Below are positions 43,179 through 43,281 of a stretch of DNA of 43,281 bases, piece by piece (the stretch's first letter is position 1; every line of letters starts with the position of its first letter). The notes beneath the pieces are model-generated. The model had not been told where the DNA came from. It saw only the letters and a list, made by a program, of their open reading frames with translations, and did not search any database. Origin of the DNA: Candidatus Gottesmanbacteria bacterium CG_4_10_14_0_8_um_filter_37_24 (GTDB lineage Bacteria > Patescibacteriota > Microgenomatia > 2-02-FULL-39-11); NCBI GenBank assembly GCA_002785215.1, contig PFMK01000091.1, positions 1 through 43,281 on the forward strand, given 5' to 3'. The translations under genes were made by a program, and so were the position numbers.

Positions 43179-43281
43179 GGAAATTGAACACAGCTTCTCA
43201 TAGTTAGTTTTGACATCTTGCAAGTTATACCCAAACTCAACCTTTCTGTTCCTGAATATGTTAACCAGGGGAGCTAAGTTT

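Noticed and set aside
1-43281. CRISPR arrays, rRNA genes, transposases, integrases
   Set aside because: I saw no regularly spaced direct repeats, no rRNA-like conserved blocks, and no ORF with DDE, tyrosine or serine recombinase motifs.

Overview
AT-rich bacterial window with short intergenic regions, many start codons lacking a Shine-Dalgarno sequence, and a group I intron inside a tRNA. This is compatible with a Patescibacteria/CPR-like genome, but that placement is inference only. The left part (1-25.3 kb) is mostly minus-strand housekeeping. It holds tRNA-Ile(UAU) and a TraD/VirD4-like ATPase. It also holds a cobalamin locus: nrdR, B12-dependent nrdJ and a PduO adenosyltransferase, followed by a cobalamin riboswitch and terminator. 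Downstream of that terminator lie an unknown 836-aa protein, a DUF4430 protein and a membrane protein. Further genes encode a PLP enzyme, an AstE/AspA-like hydrolase, a Fur/Zur-regulated metal ABC importer, a Memo-AMMECR1 fusion, an acyltransferase and a CbiMNQO-type Ni/Co ECF transporter. At 25.7 kb sits tRNA-Asn(GUU), interrupted in its anticodon loop by a 220-nt group I intron. Everything to the right of it (26-43 kb) looks accessory. It contains a frameshifted collagen-like surface protein, small secreted proteins and a dense defence island (29.1-40.9 kb). The best candidate for a new system is the operon at 29254-35104: a RadC-N HhH protein, a type IIG nuclease-methyltransferase, and a Ser/Thr kinase fused to an unassigned ~390-aa domain carrying a CxCxxC...H motif. 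Beside it are a PD-(D/E)XK/wHTH protein, a frameshifted four-module GmrSD-like enzyme, a PD-(D/E)XK + Zn-ribbon/DUF4145 pair and a retropepsin-like protease. A short run of tiny phage/plasmid-like genes follows. I found no rRNA, CRISPR array, transposase or integrase. All calls come from reading motifs by eye, with no database search.
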